64,000 bases of DNA from Octopus sinensis (GCF_006345805.1 NC_042998.1:190092001-190156000), one strand, 5' to 3'; counted from the first letter of the stretch, positions 26,455 through 40,824 are shown. Numbers and translations are program-made. The notes: a model not told the origin generated them from the sequence alone.

Positions 26455-27345
26455 CTAGTCTTCCTCATAGTCACAAAATATGCATTTGTGTCCTCACTGA
26501 ACCAAACTCTAGGTTCGCCTTTAAAAAATTCAGGTGTACATTGTTGTAGTCACTTCTTGGCAACCGCTTTCACATTGTCCGTGTCATTAAATCGCTATTC
26601 CTGAAGACTGTCCCTTTGTAGACCGAATAGGTGAAGTCACTGAGCGTCAGACTGGTGTTGAACGGGGTATAGGCTACAGATGACCAGCCCATTTTCCCGA
26701 TTGCTTAATTTGTTGCTTAAGATGGACATAATCATGTATTGTTATGTTGAATATAAATTATTTTCAAATTCTTGTTTGGTTTCTTTCTCCTCACTTCCTT
26801 AAACTTTTTTTAATGTCTCAAGTTCTTACTGTTCATGGTACAGCCACGTCACAGAAAATCAAAGAGAATGATGCCCAGTCTCCATGACTCTGTGACAATC
26901 GAAGAAGTGTGATGTCGTTCCGTGAACTGAGCCTTCGTTTTCGAACCATAAATATGTTCTCGTTTCATACTCTGTCCCCAGACCAGAAGAAAATGTGTCT
27001 TCATCGTTGACTTCAGATTCTTTCAGCACATAAGAGCAAACGTCCACCCTTCTCTCCTTTAAATCAGGTGCCATCTGCCAAGGTACCCACTTTGCAGGTA
27101 CTTTCCGACACTCAATCCCTTCCAACATCTTCTGTAATGCCTTTTGACCACAGCCCCGTTATGCAACAAGCTCGTGGTTTGTAACTCGTTTGTCTGGAAG
27201 AATCTACTCACTAATCGATAGAAATTCGTGTCAATAGTCAAAATTGATGATATCTTAATGTATGCTTTGTCTTCAATACTGATTTCTCGTTCTTTGAACT
27301 TCTTCATCGATCTGTACACATTTTCTTTGTAAATGGTGTCATCTT
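26455..27345 (-). pseudogene. Decayed mariner transposase
   Basis: RKVPAKWVPWQMAPDLKERRVDVC resembles the WVPRLL motif; GWSSVAYTPFNTSLTLSDF resembles the YSPDLAPSDF motif; DNVKAVAKK*LQQCTPEF is C-terminal. Many stops and frameshifts. Confidence 0.8.
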
Positions 27346-27547
27346 CCTAAATAAATTGTAGTCGCCCGTTTATGTCAGACAGCCTACACTCTCTCTTTGT
27401 CGAGAACTCAATGATAGCATATTGTTTCTGCTTGTAATCCATTACTTGTCTGCATGAAGAAAAACTTGTCGAAGAGTTATTATAGAGAAAGAATTCTTCT
27501 ACTGACATAAGCAATTTGAAAGATCTACATATACATAATATACATAC

Positions 27548-27601
<54 letters not shown>

Positions 27602-29079
27602 TATGTATATGTATATATATATATATGAGATATATACACACATGCGTGCGTGTGTGCTCATTGCATATATTCATATAACTATAACATAATAACGCTCACA
27701 TTATATATATATATATATATATATACATATATATATTAGAGAATGAGAGAGAGGGAGAGAGAGGGAGAGAGAGAAAAAAAAAACGTAGTATGGTTTGTAG
27801 GAGATTTGGATGCTCTTTTTAGTAGATCGTGCGACCATTGAGGGAATCATTCGTTGGCTCCATTATGTAGACTCCATAACACAACAACGTAATATCTGCT
27901 GCACATTTCGTTCAAAATATCAAATTACCTGCAACAAAGGATTAATCTCAATCTCCACCCCACCCGGTATGGGGTTGGTTAATGCTATGATACTACTAGT
28001 CTACCAATAAAAGTAATACTATAATATTGTTAAATATATTATAATAGTTTGCAGTAAACAGATATGGGAAAATAAATTATGATAATCTTATACAGAAGGA
28101 AATATTTATGGAGGAAGAAGGAAAAAATTGAAGATACTGTTAAAAGACGAAGAAAAACCAGCTTACCAATACTGATACTTTAAAGTGAAGAAAATATTTT
28201 TATCGTTTAAGATAACCGTTTAATTATTTTGTGGCTTTTTATCTTAGTTAATCAATTTTCAACATCTCTTATCGATTTATTTTTGTTTTCATTTAGTTTT
28301 TTTAAAATCAATTTCTTATCTTCTATTATTGTGAAAGGAGCTTTCTTATAATTTTTTCCCTAGAATTCCAGAAAAAGAGGAAAAGAATTGTGATGTAGAT
28401 AGACTACCACTTGCAATATTAATGTGTGCTGCCAGTGGTAACTTGTTCCTGTCACTTTCTAACTTTGGCAGTGACGAGTAAACAGATTGATAGACGACAG
28501 ATGGCGGTTGACATGCGCACAAGGCAATGGATAGCAGTAAAATACAGAAGCATATATAGATTCGTTATGTCTAGATTTAGCACTAAAGATGACTTTAGAC
28601 TTCATCTAAGAAAAGTTGAGATAAAAGGGATGAAACTTGCATAGATAACAGTGAAAACGGCTAAAGGCATATGAAGAGTTCGTTAGAAGTGGCAGCATTG
28701 CAGAACAGCAGAGGAAAGAACGTCCAAGTTGTTCTGGTGTGAAAGTGAGAAAAAAAAAGAAAAAGTAGAAAAGGAAGATAACGGCAGTTTTACTGATTAA
28801 ATAGAGGAGTGATATCGTGGGTGGAGGAGTTGGTGAGAGAAACAGTGGGAGGAGAAGTAAAGAAAGGAAAGTCACTCTTGAAATCTTGCTACGTTCGATA
28901 ATAATGTGATGAAGTCTTACTGGCGCAGTAGTGTGTTTGGAAAGGTGATAAATGGAAGAGAAGTGAGGGTCAATTTAATGCGCAAACAAAATAAAAATAA
29001 TAGTAAAGACGAAGTAATGCGTGTGATAAAAAGTGAGAGAGTAAAGAAACAAAAATGTAACATATACATACATACATAC

Positions 29080-29552
<473 letters not shown>

Positions 29553-29909
29553 AGAGGGAGAGGAGGGAAACCAGGTTGTATAATGTACAATATTTATGCA
29601 GTTAGGTTTGCCGCCAGCACTTTTACACGCTTTACTTCACACCAAGCTAATCTCTATGATCTACCAGTAAAGGAAAAAAAAAAATGATAAAGGAATAAAC
29701 GGATTTATTGTCGAAACTAAATAAGAGAAATGCAAGAAGGAGAAAGGTAAATAAGAAGCAGCATATGGTAAATATTCTAGTCGTAAAGGGTTAACAATAG
29801 AGGTCAGCAAAATGGGAGACAAAGAAAGACAATCTGTGCTGCTTCTATATTAATATCATTATATCTTGCTTTGCTCTACGAAATTTCTCTCATATATATT
29901 CTCTGCCAG

Positions 29910-30000
29910 TGAAAACTGTATGACTTGTGGCAATACTACACATCGTTTAATATTTGAAGAATACTCCGAAGAAAATTTATACTGCAAAGAATGTGAATAA
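29910..30000 (+). CDS. Candidate terminal coding exon with a C-x2-C-x18-C-x2-C zinc-binding motif
   Basis: Acceptor-like ttctctgccag at 29899-29909, then ENCMTCGNTTHRLIFEEYSEENLYCKECE*. No upstream exon identified. Confidence 0.35.
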
Positions 30001-31014
30001 AATATTCAAAACTTTCTTGAGCAGCGTAAAATGGAAGTGGTTTTTATTTACGAGTGACGCTGATAACATATGGCCGTCTGTCCATCCAAAAATTGATAAA
30101 TTAAATAAAGAAATAAAAAAGCGGAAGATTGTGTAAAATAATGTCACTTCCGTTTCGATGTGAATACATATTTTGTTTGATTGTTATTTAATCGTATGAG
30201 GATATAGTGTTGACCAAGAAATATATTTTTACGCAGTATACCATCAATTCTACATTGCTATACTTATTTACTTCCTAATATTTTTATAAGTATTTTAAAC
30301 ATCGGAGCGCCGTCAGATACATACATATGCACGTATGTATATGTGTGTATGTGTGTATATATATAGAGAAAGACACACACACACACGCGCTCACACACAT
30401 ACACACACACACGCACACGCACATACACACATATATATATATAAATTAATGGTAAAATATTTCTTTACCTTCACCCATTTAATACAATAAGTAAATTTAT
30501 TGCATTGCAATTAAAAACACTTGTGTATTAATAATTTGGGTTGGATCCACAACCCCTAACTTACTATATATATATCAGAAAGTATGGATACTATAAAGTC
30601 TAATCGTATAAATTTGAGGAACGAATTAGTTACGCGAGGAATATTATGTAATAAAATTAGTTCTGTATAAGAATAAGAATATATAAAATTAACCATATAG
30701 ATTTAATTAATTCATGCATATACGATAAACAAAAGGGGAGAAATCAAAGAAAGACAAAGTAGGAATTTTACAACACTCTACATACACAGATCAAGGATGT
30801 GCAATATCTGCGTAAAAGCTGCCATTTAGCTCCAGATCAATTATAGTTCATCAGACCTGTGATTCAAAGCATTCCAGCTATGAACAGGATTCCATGTCTA
30901 ACTCTATAATATCTACCGTTTCCCTTCTGTTTGAGATTTGGCTGCTGTTTTTCGCAGGTCAAGTTAACCTATGGAGATTCCTGTGTTGGCTTATTCTTTA
31001 TTCTATGTAATATA

Positions 31015-31616
31015 TATTTCTTTACTACCCACAAGGGGTTAAACATAAAGTGGACAAACAAGGACAGACAAAGGGATTAAGTCGATTATATCGACCCCAG
31101 TGCGTAACTGGTACTTGATTTATCGACTCCGAAAAGATGAAAGGCAAAGTCGACCTCGGCGGAATTTGAACTCAGAACGTAACGGCAGACGAAATACCTA
31201 TTTCTTTACTACCCACAAGGGGTTAAACATAAAGTGGACAAACAAGGACAGACAAAGGGATTAAGTCGATTATATCGACCCCAGTGCGTAACTGGTACTT
31301 GATTTATCGACTCCGAAAAGATGAAAGGCAAAGTCGACCTCGGCGGAATTTGAACTCAGAACGTAACGGCAGACGAAATACCTATTTCTTTACTACCCAC
31401 AAGGGGTTAAACATAAAGTGGACAAACAAGGACAGACAAAGGGATTAAGTCGATTATATCGACCCCAGTGCGTAACTGGTACTTAATTTATCGACCCAGA
31501 AAGGATGAAAGACAAAGTCTACCTCGGCGGAATTTGAACTCAGAACGTAACGGCAGACGAAATACGGCTACGCATTTCGCCCGGCGTGCTAAAGTTTCTG
31601 CCAGCTCGCCGCCCTT
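31015..31616 (-). mobile_element. SINE family B with triplicated 184-bp 3' body
   Basis: Units start at 31015, 31199 and 31383; single head at about 31565-31616; ctttattctatgta(a/t)tata repeated on both flanks as a target duplication. Confidence 0.92.
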
Positions 31617-32382
31617 TATTCTATGTATTATACTATTTTTCGCTCACACAACAGAACGAGGACTTCATATCAGTCTGTCGACATGGGTCCTGTTGATCCT
31701 GTTGAATCACACAATTAAACTACCACATCATGTGGATATAACACGTAAACAACTGCCTATATACACTATTCTACCGATACTACTAACCACATGGGCACCT
31801 ATGTGAAATTCTAGCAAGAAATTAGTGATATAGTTACGCACGCATGCGCATATTATCTGAAGTTTCAGCTTCCATTATTATATTTTATTCCATTATAGTA
31901 TTCGTGTTCAGTATTTTCCTCGTGTTTGTATGTATTAACGTGCTTTCTCTCATTTGTTATATGAAAGATTATCATAATTTTCATAGTTGAAACCGGGATC
32001 AATTATAAAGATTTTTCATAAAGTTTAGAAAAACGTTCTCATTTTTTGTAAATTCCTTCAGCAAGGACTTTGCATAATGAAGTACAAAATTTAGAAAAAC
32101 GTTCTCATTTTTTGTAAATTCCTTCAGCAAGGACTTTGCATATTGGAGTACAAATTCACAGGTTTATCATTCTTCTCTATTTGTAATCAGGTTTTGTATA
32201 CGGTTGATATCTTACAGTATCGGTATTGATTTCTCTATGGACAAAATCGCTTTATTGAAAAGACAACGCTAAGTTACCCTTGTACAAACCATAAATGCAT
32301 TTCTCGAAAATAATTTTTAAAAGCAACTGCCTAACCAATCCTAGACGGTGTTTTTGAAAATCAAAGTGAAAATGTAAATAAC

Positions 32383-32833
32383 GGATCTTTTCGGTTTGAA
32401 CGGCAGTTTTTTCTAGCGGTGTCATATGAAATTGTTACCCATAATTATGACCCTAGTATCGATCTATTACATTTCAATCTGTTTTAGGGTTAGGGTTAGA
32501 GTTAGAGTTAGTTAAGGTTAGTTAGGATTAGGGTTAAGGGTGGGGGAAGGGTATCTTTTTTCTTCAGAAATGTAAATAAACCCAAACTGTTTCTTAAACG
32601 AGGGACATATTCATACGGCACTGAATGTTTTTACCTCAATAGACGTCATTGATTGGTTGAAATTGCAGAAATTGAAAAAGAAAACGACAAATATCTTACA
32701 AACTATAGAATTTTCTCAATAAAGCCAAGAGAAAAAATGTTTTATAAACACATTCTACCAGTATACGAAATTTAAAAGTGTTTAGTTACGTGGAAATTAT
32801 TTTAAAAAACTGCCGGTCAAACCGAAAAGATCC
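32383..32833 (+). mobile_element. MITE with 8-bp target duplication and internal TTAGGG-like tract (Merlin-like by terminal GG and TSD length)
   Basis: TIRs ggatcttttcggtttgaacggcagtttt / aaaactgccggtcaaaccgaaaagatcc; taaataac on both sides (32375-32382, 32834-32841). Confidence 0.85.
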
Positions 32834-33047
32834 TAAATAACTTTTTTAACTGCTAGTAACATTAACAAAAATTTGGTATTGTCATGTCGTAATAGCTTTT
32901 TATAATCACAAAATTCCTTTATGTGAAAAATTTGAAAGTTTTCATGAAGCGTACTTCTGTATGAACTAGTAATATATCGACAGTAGTTTGGACACACAGT
33001 TACACACCGTGTAAATATGAGTACATAATATTCGCAATACAGCTAAT

Positions 33048-33283
33048 ATTTTCTTTACTACACACAAGGGGCTAAACATAGAGGGGACAAACAAGGACAG
33101 ACAAACGGATTAAGTCGATTATATCGACCCCAGTGCGTAAGTGGTACTTAACTTATCGACCCAGAAAGGATGAAAGGCAAAGTTGACCTCGGCGGAATTT
33201 GAACTCAGAACGTAACGGCAGACGAAATACCGCTAAGCATTTCGCCCGGCGTGCTAACGTTTCTGCCAGCTCGCCGCCTTGTG
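33048..33283 (-). mobile_element. SINE family B, monomer
   Basis: 15-bp target duplication cgcaatacagctaat at 33033-33047 and 33284-33298. Confidence 0.92.
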
Positions 33284-34351
33284 CGCAATACAGCTAATGC
33301 CAATAAAGTACCTTCGAGGTTTGATTTTTGATCGGGTAATGATGCTGTTCTTGCCCTTTCATTTTATCTCCACAATATTTTGATTAGAGTAGTCTTCACA
33401 AAATCCAACAAGTTTTTTGTTTTTGTATCCGTACGCTTGTCAATAACTGAGATTAATGCATCGGTTAAAATGTTAACCGCCTCACCTAGGTTCAGTCCCA
33501 CTGCGTGACACCAATGGTAAGTATCTTCTGTTACAGTCTTGGATTGGTCAATAACTTGTAACTTATGAGCGAAATTTCATAGACGGAAATTGTATATGCG
33601 TGTATGATGCATGAATGCTGTGTATGTCTGTGCCTTTTCTTGAGCTTATATCCCACAATTCACGGTTCGAAAAAATCGAAACACTAAGCACTAGACTTTA
33701 AAAAAATAAGAAATGGAGTCGATATGATCAACTAAACCTATCCTGGTTGTGCCCCAGTATGACCATAACCAAATGGCACAAACTCCCTAACCAGAATGTA
33801 GAAGTGGATGATGTAAGCTATCGTTTTAACATATTTTTCGGTTTGAAACGTCTATAGAAATTGTCATAAGTTTTTCTCGTTTTTTAGTATTTAGCCAACT
33901 TATACCTGTATTCTGGTGCAATTACATTAAAAATTATGGTTTCCCAGTTTGCGTAAGACGAAATCTTTGGCTCTAAACTTTGGAAATCAACGTTGATGAT
34001 GAGCCACAATTCTTGAATCACAAGTCGTGGAAAACCGAATGCAAAGCAAAGGTGCTTTCTTCGGTGGAAAACAAGAAACTCCAATTCGGTTTTTAAACCG
34101 TGACGAACTAGCAACTAAACTTGCTTTGTGCCTTTGCGATTTTAAATAGTATTTAATATCTCAATATGCCATTGAGAATTCTGCAAAAGAGATCACATTC
34201 GATTTTCTATGTTAAGATTTTTATTTATTTATTTATTTATTTTTTGAAATGGCTGATCCCACGTGAATTCTTTCTGAAATTCACATACTGTTTTTAGAAT
34301 AGTGAAAATTTTAAAAAGAAGCACCAAAAAATTGATCAATATGAAAAAAAA

Positions 34352-34409
<58 letters not shown>

Positions 34410-35918
34410 TGCTTTTGTTCTTATGATCGAGGACATTCTTGTCGCGATACACTCTTTTGATTTTCAATCATAGAATATCCAATGGGTCATATCGTTTTGA
34501 TACCATAGATTGTGTGTGGAGAAAGATTTGGCTGTTATTTCTAGTGGGTCGTTTATTCACGTAGAGAGCCCCTTATTGACTCACTTGATTACTTCTAAAT
34601 AATCCTGTATGCGCCTTCATAATTGTTTAACATATTTTAATGACGTAACATTTGTAGCTATTTATCGGGGTAGATAATTTGAGATCTACTCACAGAATTT
34701 AATCAAGTAAAGCGATGATATTGTAACCTTTAATACAAAACACCACGACCTCTTAAATACAATTTAATAGCAAGCTTTTGAACCGGTAGCGTAGCGTCGG
34801 ACAATTATTTCCGATAAAATGAGAACGTCATTCAAATGTACAACTTCAAGCGTCTGATTACAGCTATTAGCTGTCAGAACGCAAGAAAACAAATAGAGGA
34901 TGGTCAATTTATTTGTGCAATTAGAAATTTAGAAGAAAAATTCGAAATAATATTCAATCTTGTTAAAATATATTCTGTAGCTTTTTCAGAAATATTTCTT
35001 TCATTAATGGCACAGATACAAGATATAATTAATGGGATATACAATTTCTTCATAAAGGAGAAATAATTTCCTAAAATTTAGAACACCAAAGGATGTTCTA
35101 TATTTTATGCTCGACGATTTCGTGAAAATCTCTGTTGATGATGATTCACTAAATAAAAAAAATACCTTTTAATAATATTAAATTTTGGGAATGTGGTTCT
35201 TAATGAGTTTAATGGCTTAAGTGACACAGATTTTTAAAAAGCTATTTTCAATCCTATCAGGCAACGTTTGAATAGAGATTATCCTCTTCGTCGACGTTAC
35301 CCTGGTGACGCATCAATCCTCTTAAATGTTCCTACATGTGGACAAATGATAAGTTAAATACATAATCAGATAGTAGCAGAGAACAGATCAGTATGAGTTA
35401 AGCTCAGTGGTTTTCTATCATGATATAAAGCATATATCATGACAGAACATGAACAAACAAAAAAAAGGGTAAAGTGGTTAGGCTTTTCTAAAAAGATAGG
35501 AACGGTTACAATGGTAGGACACATGACATTTTGATGAGACGGATTTTGATTGCCGGAGTTAACACTGTGAGAAATACATGCCGCTTCTTTTCTACAACCG
35601 AGTATATGTTACTACTACTCATCATCATCATCATCGTTATTGTCAGATCATCATTGTTATCGTTATCATCATTGTTGTTGTCGTCATCACATCGTCATCA
35701 AGATCACAGTCAGCAGCATCACTGCTTCATCCATCATCATCGACATCCATTGTTTTTGTTTTTTTTTTTTCCACCGATCAAAATATGGTGGCTCTACGGT
35801 AGCTGGTAATCCAGCCAATATATTGCTTCTTTACTTTTCTTCGAAAGAATTTATAAATTTGACTATCACTTATTTGAAACAATCCAAAACTATTCTCTCT
35901 CACACACACTCTCTCCCT

Positions 35919-35950
<32 letters not shown>

Positions 35951-36248
35951 CATCTATCTCTATCTCTCTATATCTCTCTCTCATTATCTCACACTCTCTT
36001 CCTCTTCTCTCTCCCCTTCTCCACCTTTCTCACCCTCTTTCCGCAAAAAATCTTTGTCTGATTAACCAACTGAGAGATAGATATATTTTATGTTTATTTC
36101 AAACAATAAACAATCCATTGATTAAGTGATTAATTCGTCACAACTTCATTCACTTTTTCAAAATATATACTTCTATTTTTTTTAATTTAGATAAAATTAT
36201 AAAACTATTTTATTGTGCAAATAATTACCTATTTTAAAAAAAAGCTAA

Positions 36249-36740
36249 CACTGGTCTACAAGGTTTTTGGCGTTTACGAAATAGACATCATTCCTATACA
36301 AAATCGGTCTCCTGAATCCAAATACAACCTTCTTTCTTGACCTATCAGATCTAGTTTTTAAGTTATTAAGCATCCCTATAGTCACTATGTATGTGTGTAC
36401 GTCCAGTACGCAGTGTTCGTTACCTTATTCTAATTCTAAGTTTGTTTTTTTTCTTTTTCCATACGTTGCGGTAAACTAAGCAACAGAAAATGAGCAAGAT
36501 GTCCTGTTCAAGGACGTGTTGCGTTAATTCTCCAAATGAGTTTTATGTTTGTGGAGAATACACATTACCTGAAAATCGAGAAAACATACTGATTTTGTTG
36601 AAAGAGCGTATATGGCATATTTTGGGATCAAGCTAGGGGACCAAGATAAATATTGGGCACCGCATAGTGTCTGCAAACAATGTGCAGAACATTTGCGACA
36701 ATGGACTAAAGGGACAAGGAAAAGTATGGAAAATGGAGTA
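36249..36740 (+). mobile_element. 5' fragment of a DNA transposon, probably Chapaev-like (CMC group)
   Basis: Starts CACTGG; encodes AYMAYFGIKLGDQDKYWAPHSVCKQCAEHLRQWTKG, a Cys/His N-terminal motif I recognise from invertebrate transposases. The family name is from memory. Confidence 0.55.
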
Positions 36741-36984
36741 AAGCAAGGAGACCTTGATGCACTCACCTTCTTTGCAATATATTTTGCTGTTTTGTCACAC
36801 GATTTTCAAAACTCCTAGGAAGGTACAGTTCTATATTTAAGAGATGGGGAATTATGTACATTATTTACATTATTTACATTTGACGGATATTTGTCCTCAT
36901 CTTGTTTGTTGTTAACACAACTTTTCGGATGATATACTCTCCAGTACGTATGTATGTATGTATGAATGAATAAATGTATGTATG

Positions 36985-37015
<31 letters not shown>

Positions 37016-38157
37016 GTATGCATGTATGTATGTATGTATGTATGTATGTGTGCGCGCGTGTTTTAAAATTAATACAATCACATTTGAAAATCAAAACTTT
37101 ATTTTAGGAGGAACTATACAAATCGTTTCCTGACACTGACCCTATTGTAATGACATCGCCAGGGCTAGAACAGTGTGGTAACAAGACAATCATGTGATAT
37201 TTTAGTACATCACCATTTCTATGTCTGTCGTTAATTTACATGTTATTAATGACGAGCTCTCTCGAATAACCTACGGGATTCATCGGCAGTCGTTCGGCCG
37301 ACTGAAAATAGCATCCAAATATCCCTTTAAATATCATCCTAAATATCTTTAAAAGGAAATAAATTATTGTACAATTTGTTCCTAGACATACAAGAAGCTG
37401 ACATAGTCACGGCTGGAACGTTTTTGATAGATGACAGGTCTGCTCAATTTTGGGTAGCTTGGGACTATATATCAAAGGCTTATGTGTGAGAGATTCTAAG
37501 TATTAGACATTTCAAATATTCTAATAGACATTCTTTTAGTTGTTTCCAGTCCTTTTTGTGTTTCCTCGATGTTGAAATTTGACATTTGACCAAATAATTT
37601 TAAATGTGTGTATGTGTATGGATGTGTGTGTGTACGAAGGCTTCTTTTAGTTTCCATTTACCAAATCCACTCACAAGGCTTTGGTCGTAGTAGACGATAC
37701 TTGCGAAATGTGCCACACAGTGGTTCTGAACCTGGAACCATGTGGTTAGGATGCAAACTTCTTACGACACAGCCACACCTGTGCGTATGTGATATTCATC
37801 AGTAAAATATGTAGTTGCAGTGGAACTATATTCCAAGTGAAATGAAAATTACTCTCCCAAAATTTTCCTGGCAAAAGTCTTCAATTAACAAGTCCTCTCC
37901 AGAAGTTTCAAACCTGAAAACAATTGAAGCTGGACCCATTTTGTCACTTCAGCTGGAGTAGCGACATTGAACTTCAATTGGGGCAACCAACTTTGATAAA
38001 AAATCCCTAAGAACTAGTAAAACTTACTTCCTGTCTTGCGCAATAAAGAAATATTTAAATCTATGTCAGTGTTAGAGCGTTAAGAAACACCATGCTTTCA
38101 TTATTATCCTTCAGATCGGCTCTGATAAAATATGTTCCAGATATGACCAACTCATCT

Positions 38158-38875
38158 TACGAGGGTGGGCTGAAAAGTTCATAGGGTGGCTATGAAGGAG
38201 TAATACTAAATTTTGCATGCATGCATTAATTTCAACTCTACTTATTAATAATTGCATTGTTTCCTTACAGGTAAACTGACATGCGACTGATCAAAGAAGA
38301 TTTCAGAAGTAACCAGTACCGACTTCTCTTGAAAATGGACAAAATTTGGCATCGTGGTGTAATCACGTACCTGCAGAAAAATGATTTAGCCTCCAATGGC
38401 ATCCGTGCTACATTAGGGGATGACACACCAGCTTTATGAACAGTGTGAAAGTGGACAGCTGAATTTTTGAAGGGGAAGGGAGAATCTTGAACATGGCCCA
38501 AGCTCTGGATGTCCTGTAACTGCTACCACTGAGGAAAATATTGAGCGTGCGCACCACATGCTGATGGATGTCAGGCGATTGACTATAAATCAAATAGCCA
38601 ATGCTATTAGCATGTCCTGTGAGAGTGTTGAGAATACTCTGCACAATGAATTAAGCAATACGAAGGTTTCTATTCGGTGGGTGCTATGTCTTCTGAAACC
38701 TGATCAAAAGCGCACCAGTTTGATGATCACAGCACAGGAAAACCTAACATCGTTTGAGGATGTCTGACTGATTTCCTCGAACGTTTCCTAACCCAGTATG
38801 AGAGTTGGGTTCATCTCTTTGAGTCTGAGACAAAGAGACAATATATGCAATGGAAACACACCTCCTCATATTTAC
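38158..38875 (+). mobile_element. 5' half of a decayed mariner element
   Basis: TA-cgagggtgggctgaaaagttc terminus; MLMDVRRLTINQIANAISMSCESVENTLHNEL..KVSIRWVLCLLKPDQKRT is the HTH and WVP region. Confidence 0.85.
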
Positions 38876-40278
38876 AGGCATAGTGTATATCTCGAAAAAC
38901 AACGAGAGATATATTATTATTTCCTTCCTTTTCATACATTAAAAAAGGGAAAACAAACAAACGAGTGCAAGTTATAAAGCGACTCCGAGGCTACTATGCC
39001 TAACTGGTTGAGCAACAACGAAGAATTTCCCATCACTTGATATGAGCATATCAACATAAATATGTATTGATTTCTGCACTCACTGAATATATAGTTCAGC
39101 AACACTTTGACGATTCTAGCCGTGGAGTTTACCTTTCATTTCTAAATAATAATGGTCAATATCTAGATTGGTGTTGCCCTAAGGGAGTCTGCCAGAGACT
39201 CCGAGGCTAAAAACAAGTAGAAATGGAAGGACAACGTAAACGAGAGGTATTTTTTTAAAGTGTTAAGTAATATTAATCTCGAGAGTCGTGTTTATACTTT
39301 GATATCATTTGTCGATAGTGAATATTTGCAATAGGCAAAAGGATGAATCCTTCTGTTTCTATATTCTTTCCTCTCTATCACAATCCGTTCAATATCTCTC
39401 TCTCTATCCGAGTGCATATAATTACACACATATGCGTTGTGTGAGTATCTGAGCTACAAATTTTATGTATGATACGAACTCACACAACATACACAAACAC
39501 ATACGCTCACACATTTACAAACATACGCACACATGCAGCAAAAAATATATATATAAAGCAGCATATCAATACACACAAGTGTGTGTGTGTGTCTGTGTGT
39601 CTGTGTGTGTGTGTGCATGGGTGTTTGTGTACGTGTGTGTGTATACATACATATATGTAAGTATGTGTGTGTACGCGCGCATGTGTGCGGGCGTGTGTGT
39701 GTATATATATATATATATGTATTCTATCTCTACTGAAAAGGAATGGAGTACACGTGCGCGCATACATTCGCGCTTGCGCACATACACGGATACAGACACA
39801 CAAGCATACATTGATATTCACGTGCACGGTTGCCCACGCACGCACGCAAGACAAGCACAAAACACATGTAGAACTATCATAAAGTAGAAATATCATAAAG
39901 TGTTGTAAAGTATATTAAAGTGCACTTTAACAATATCTGCTACGGAACTCACTACATTATCTAGAGTGGAGAGATAAGATTATTGTTTCAAAAGTCGACG
40001 CACTACTCTGGGTTCCGTCCCAGCTGGGTCTCTCACGTTACAAGTCCAGACCAGGGTGAAACTCAGAGTAGACAGTCAATATTTGATATAATATGTGTGC
40101 GTATAATATGTGTCTAAAAACATTCAAACACACATACATACAGGCAACTGAACATCTATATATATATATATATATATAAAAACACACTCGCGCACATGTA
40201 TGTATTTGTGTATATGGATATATATATATGCATGTACGGGTATATGTGTGTGTATACATATATCTATACATTATATAT

Positions 40279-40360
<82 letters not shown>

Positions 40361-40544
40361 TATATACATACATACATATTATATATATATATATGTTATA
40401 TATATATACATACATACATATTATATATATATATAATTAAAATCACAATAAGGGTGAAAAAAATTGAATATTAATTAATAACATCAATTCAAAACACCAA
40501 GTGGCCTAGCGTAAAAAAACTGGGATACAGTAAAAATTATTAAC

Positions 40545-40763
40545 ACAAGTAATAAGAGAGAGACCACATGTGGTCACTCTAACGCTAGATATAGATCCGC
40601 AAAGGGAATCCACCACTAAAGAATTGTTCTCAAGCATTAATTCAACACGCCAAGAATGTAAGCTGAATTAATGCTTGAGAACAATTATTTAGTGGTGGAT
40701 TCCCGTTGCGGATCTATATCTAGCGTTAGAGTGACCACATGTGGTCTCTCTCTTATTACTTGT
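40545..40763. repeat. Near-perfect inverted repeat, 100-bp arms, 19-nt loop
   Basis: 40545-40644 versus 40664-40763 with about 3 differences; each arm contains the 14-bp palindrome GACCACATGTGGTC. Confidence 0.95.
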
Positions 40764-40770
40764 ATATATA

Positions 40771-40824
<54 letters not shown>

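Noticed and set aside
32024-32155. 66-bp direct tandem duplication (smaller ones at about 5320, 20790 and 43617/43791)
   Set aside because: Ordinary local slippage duplications with no further structure.
32484-32540. Telomere or chromosome-fusion scar
   Set aside because: The TTAGGG-like tract is internal to a MITE and recurs in its second copy.
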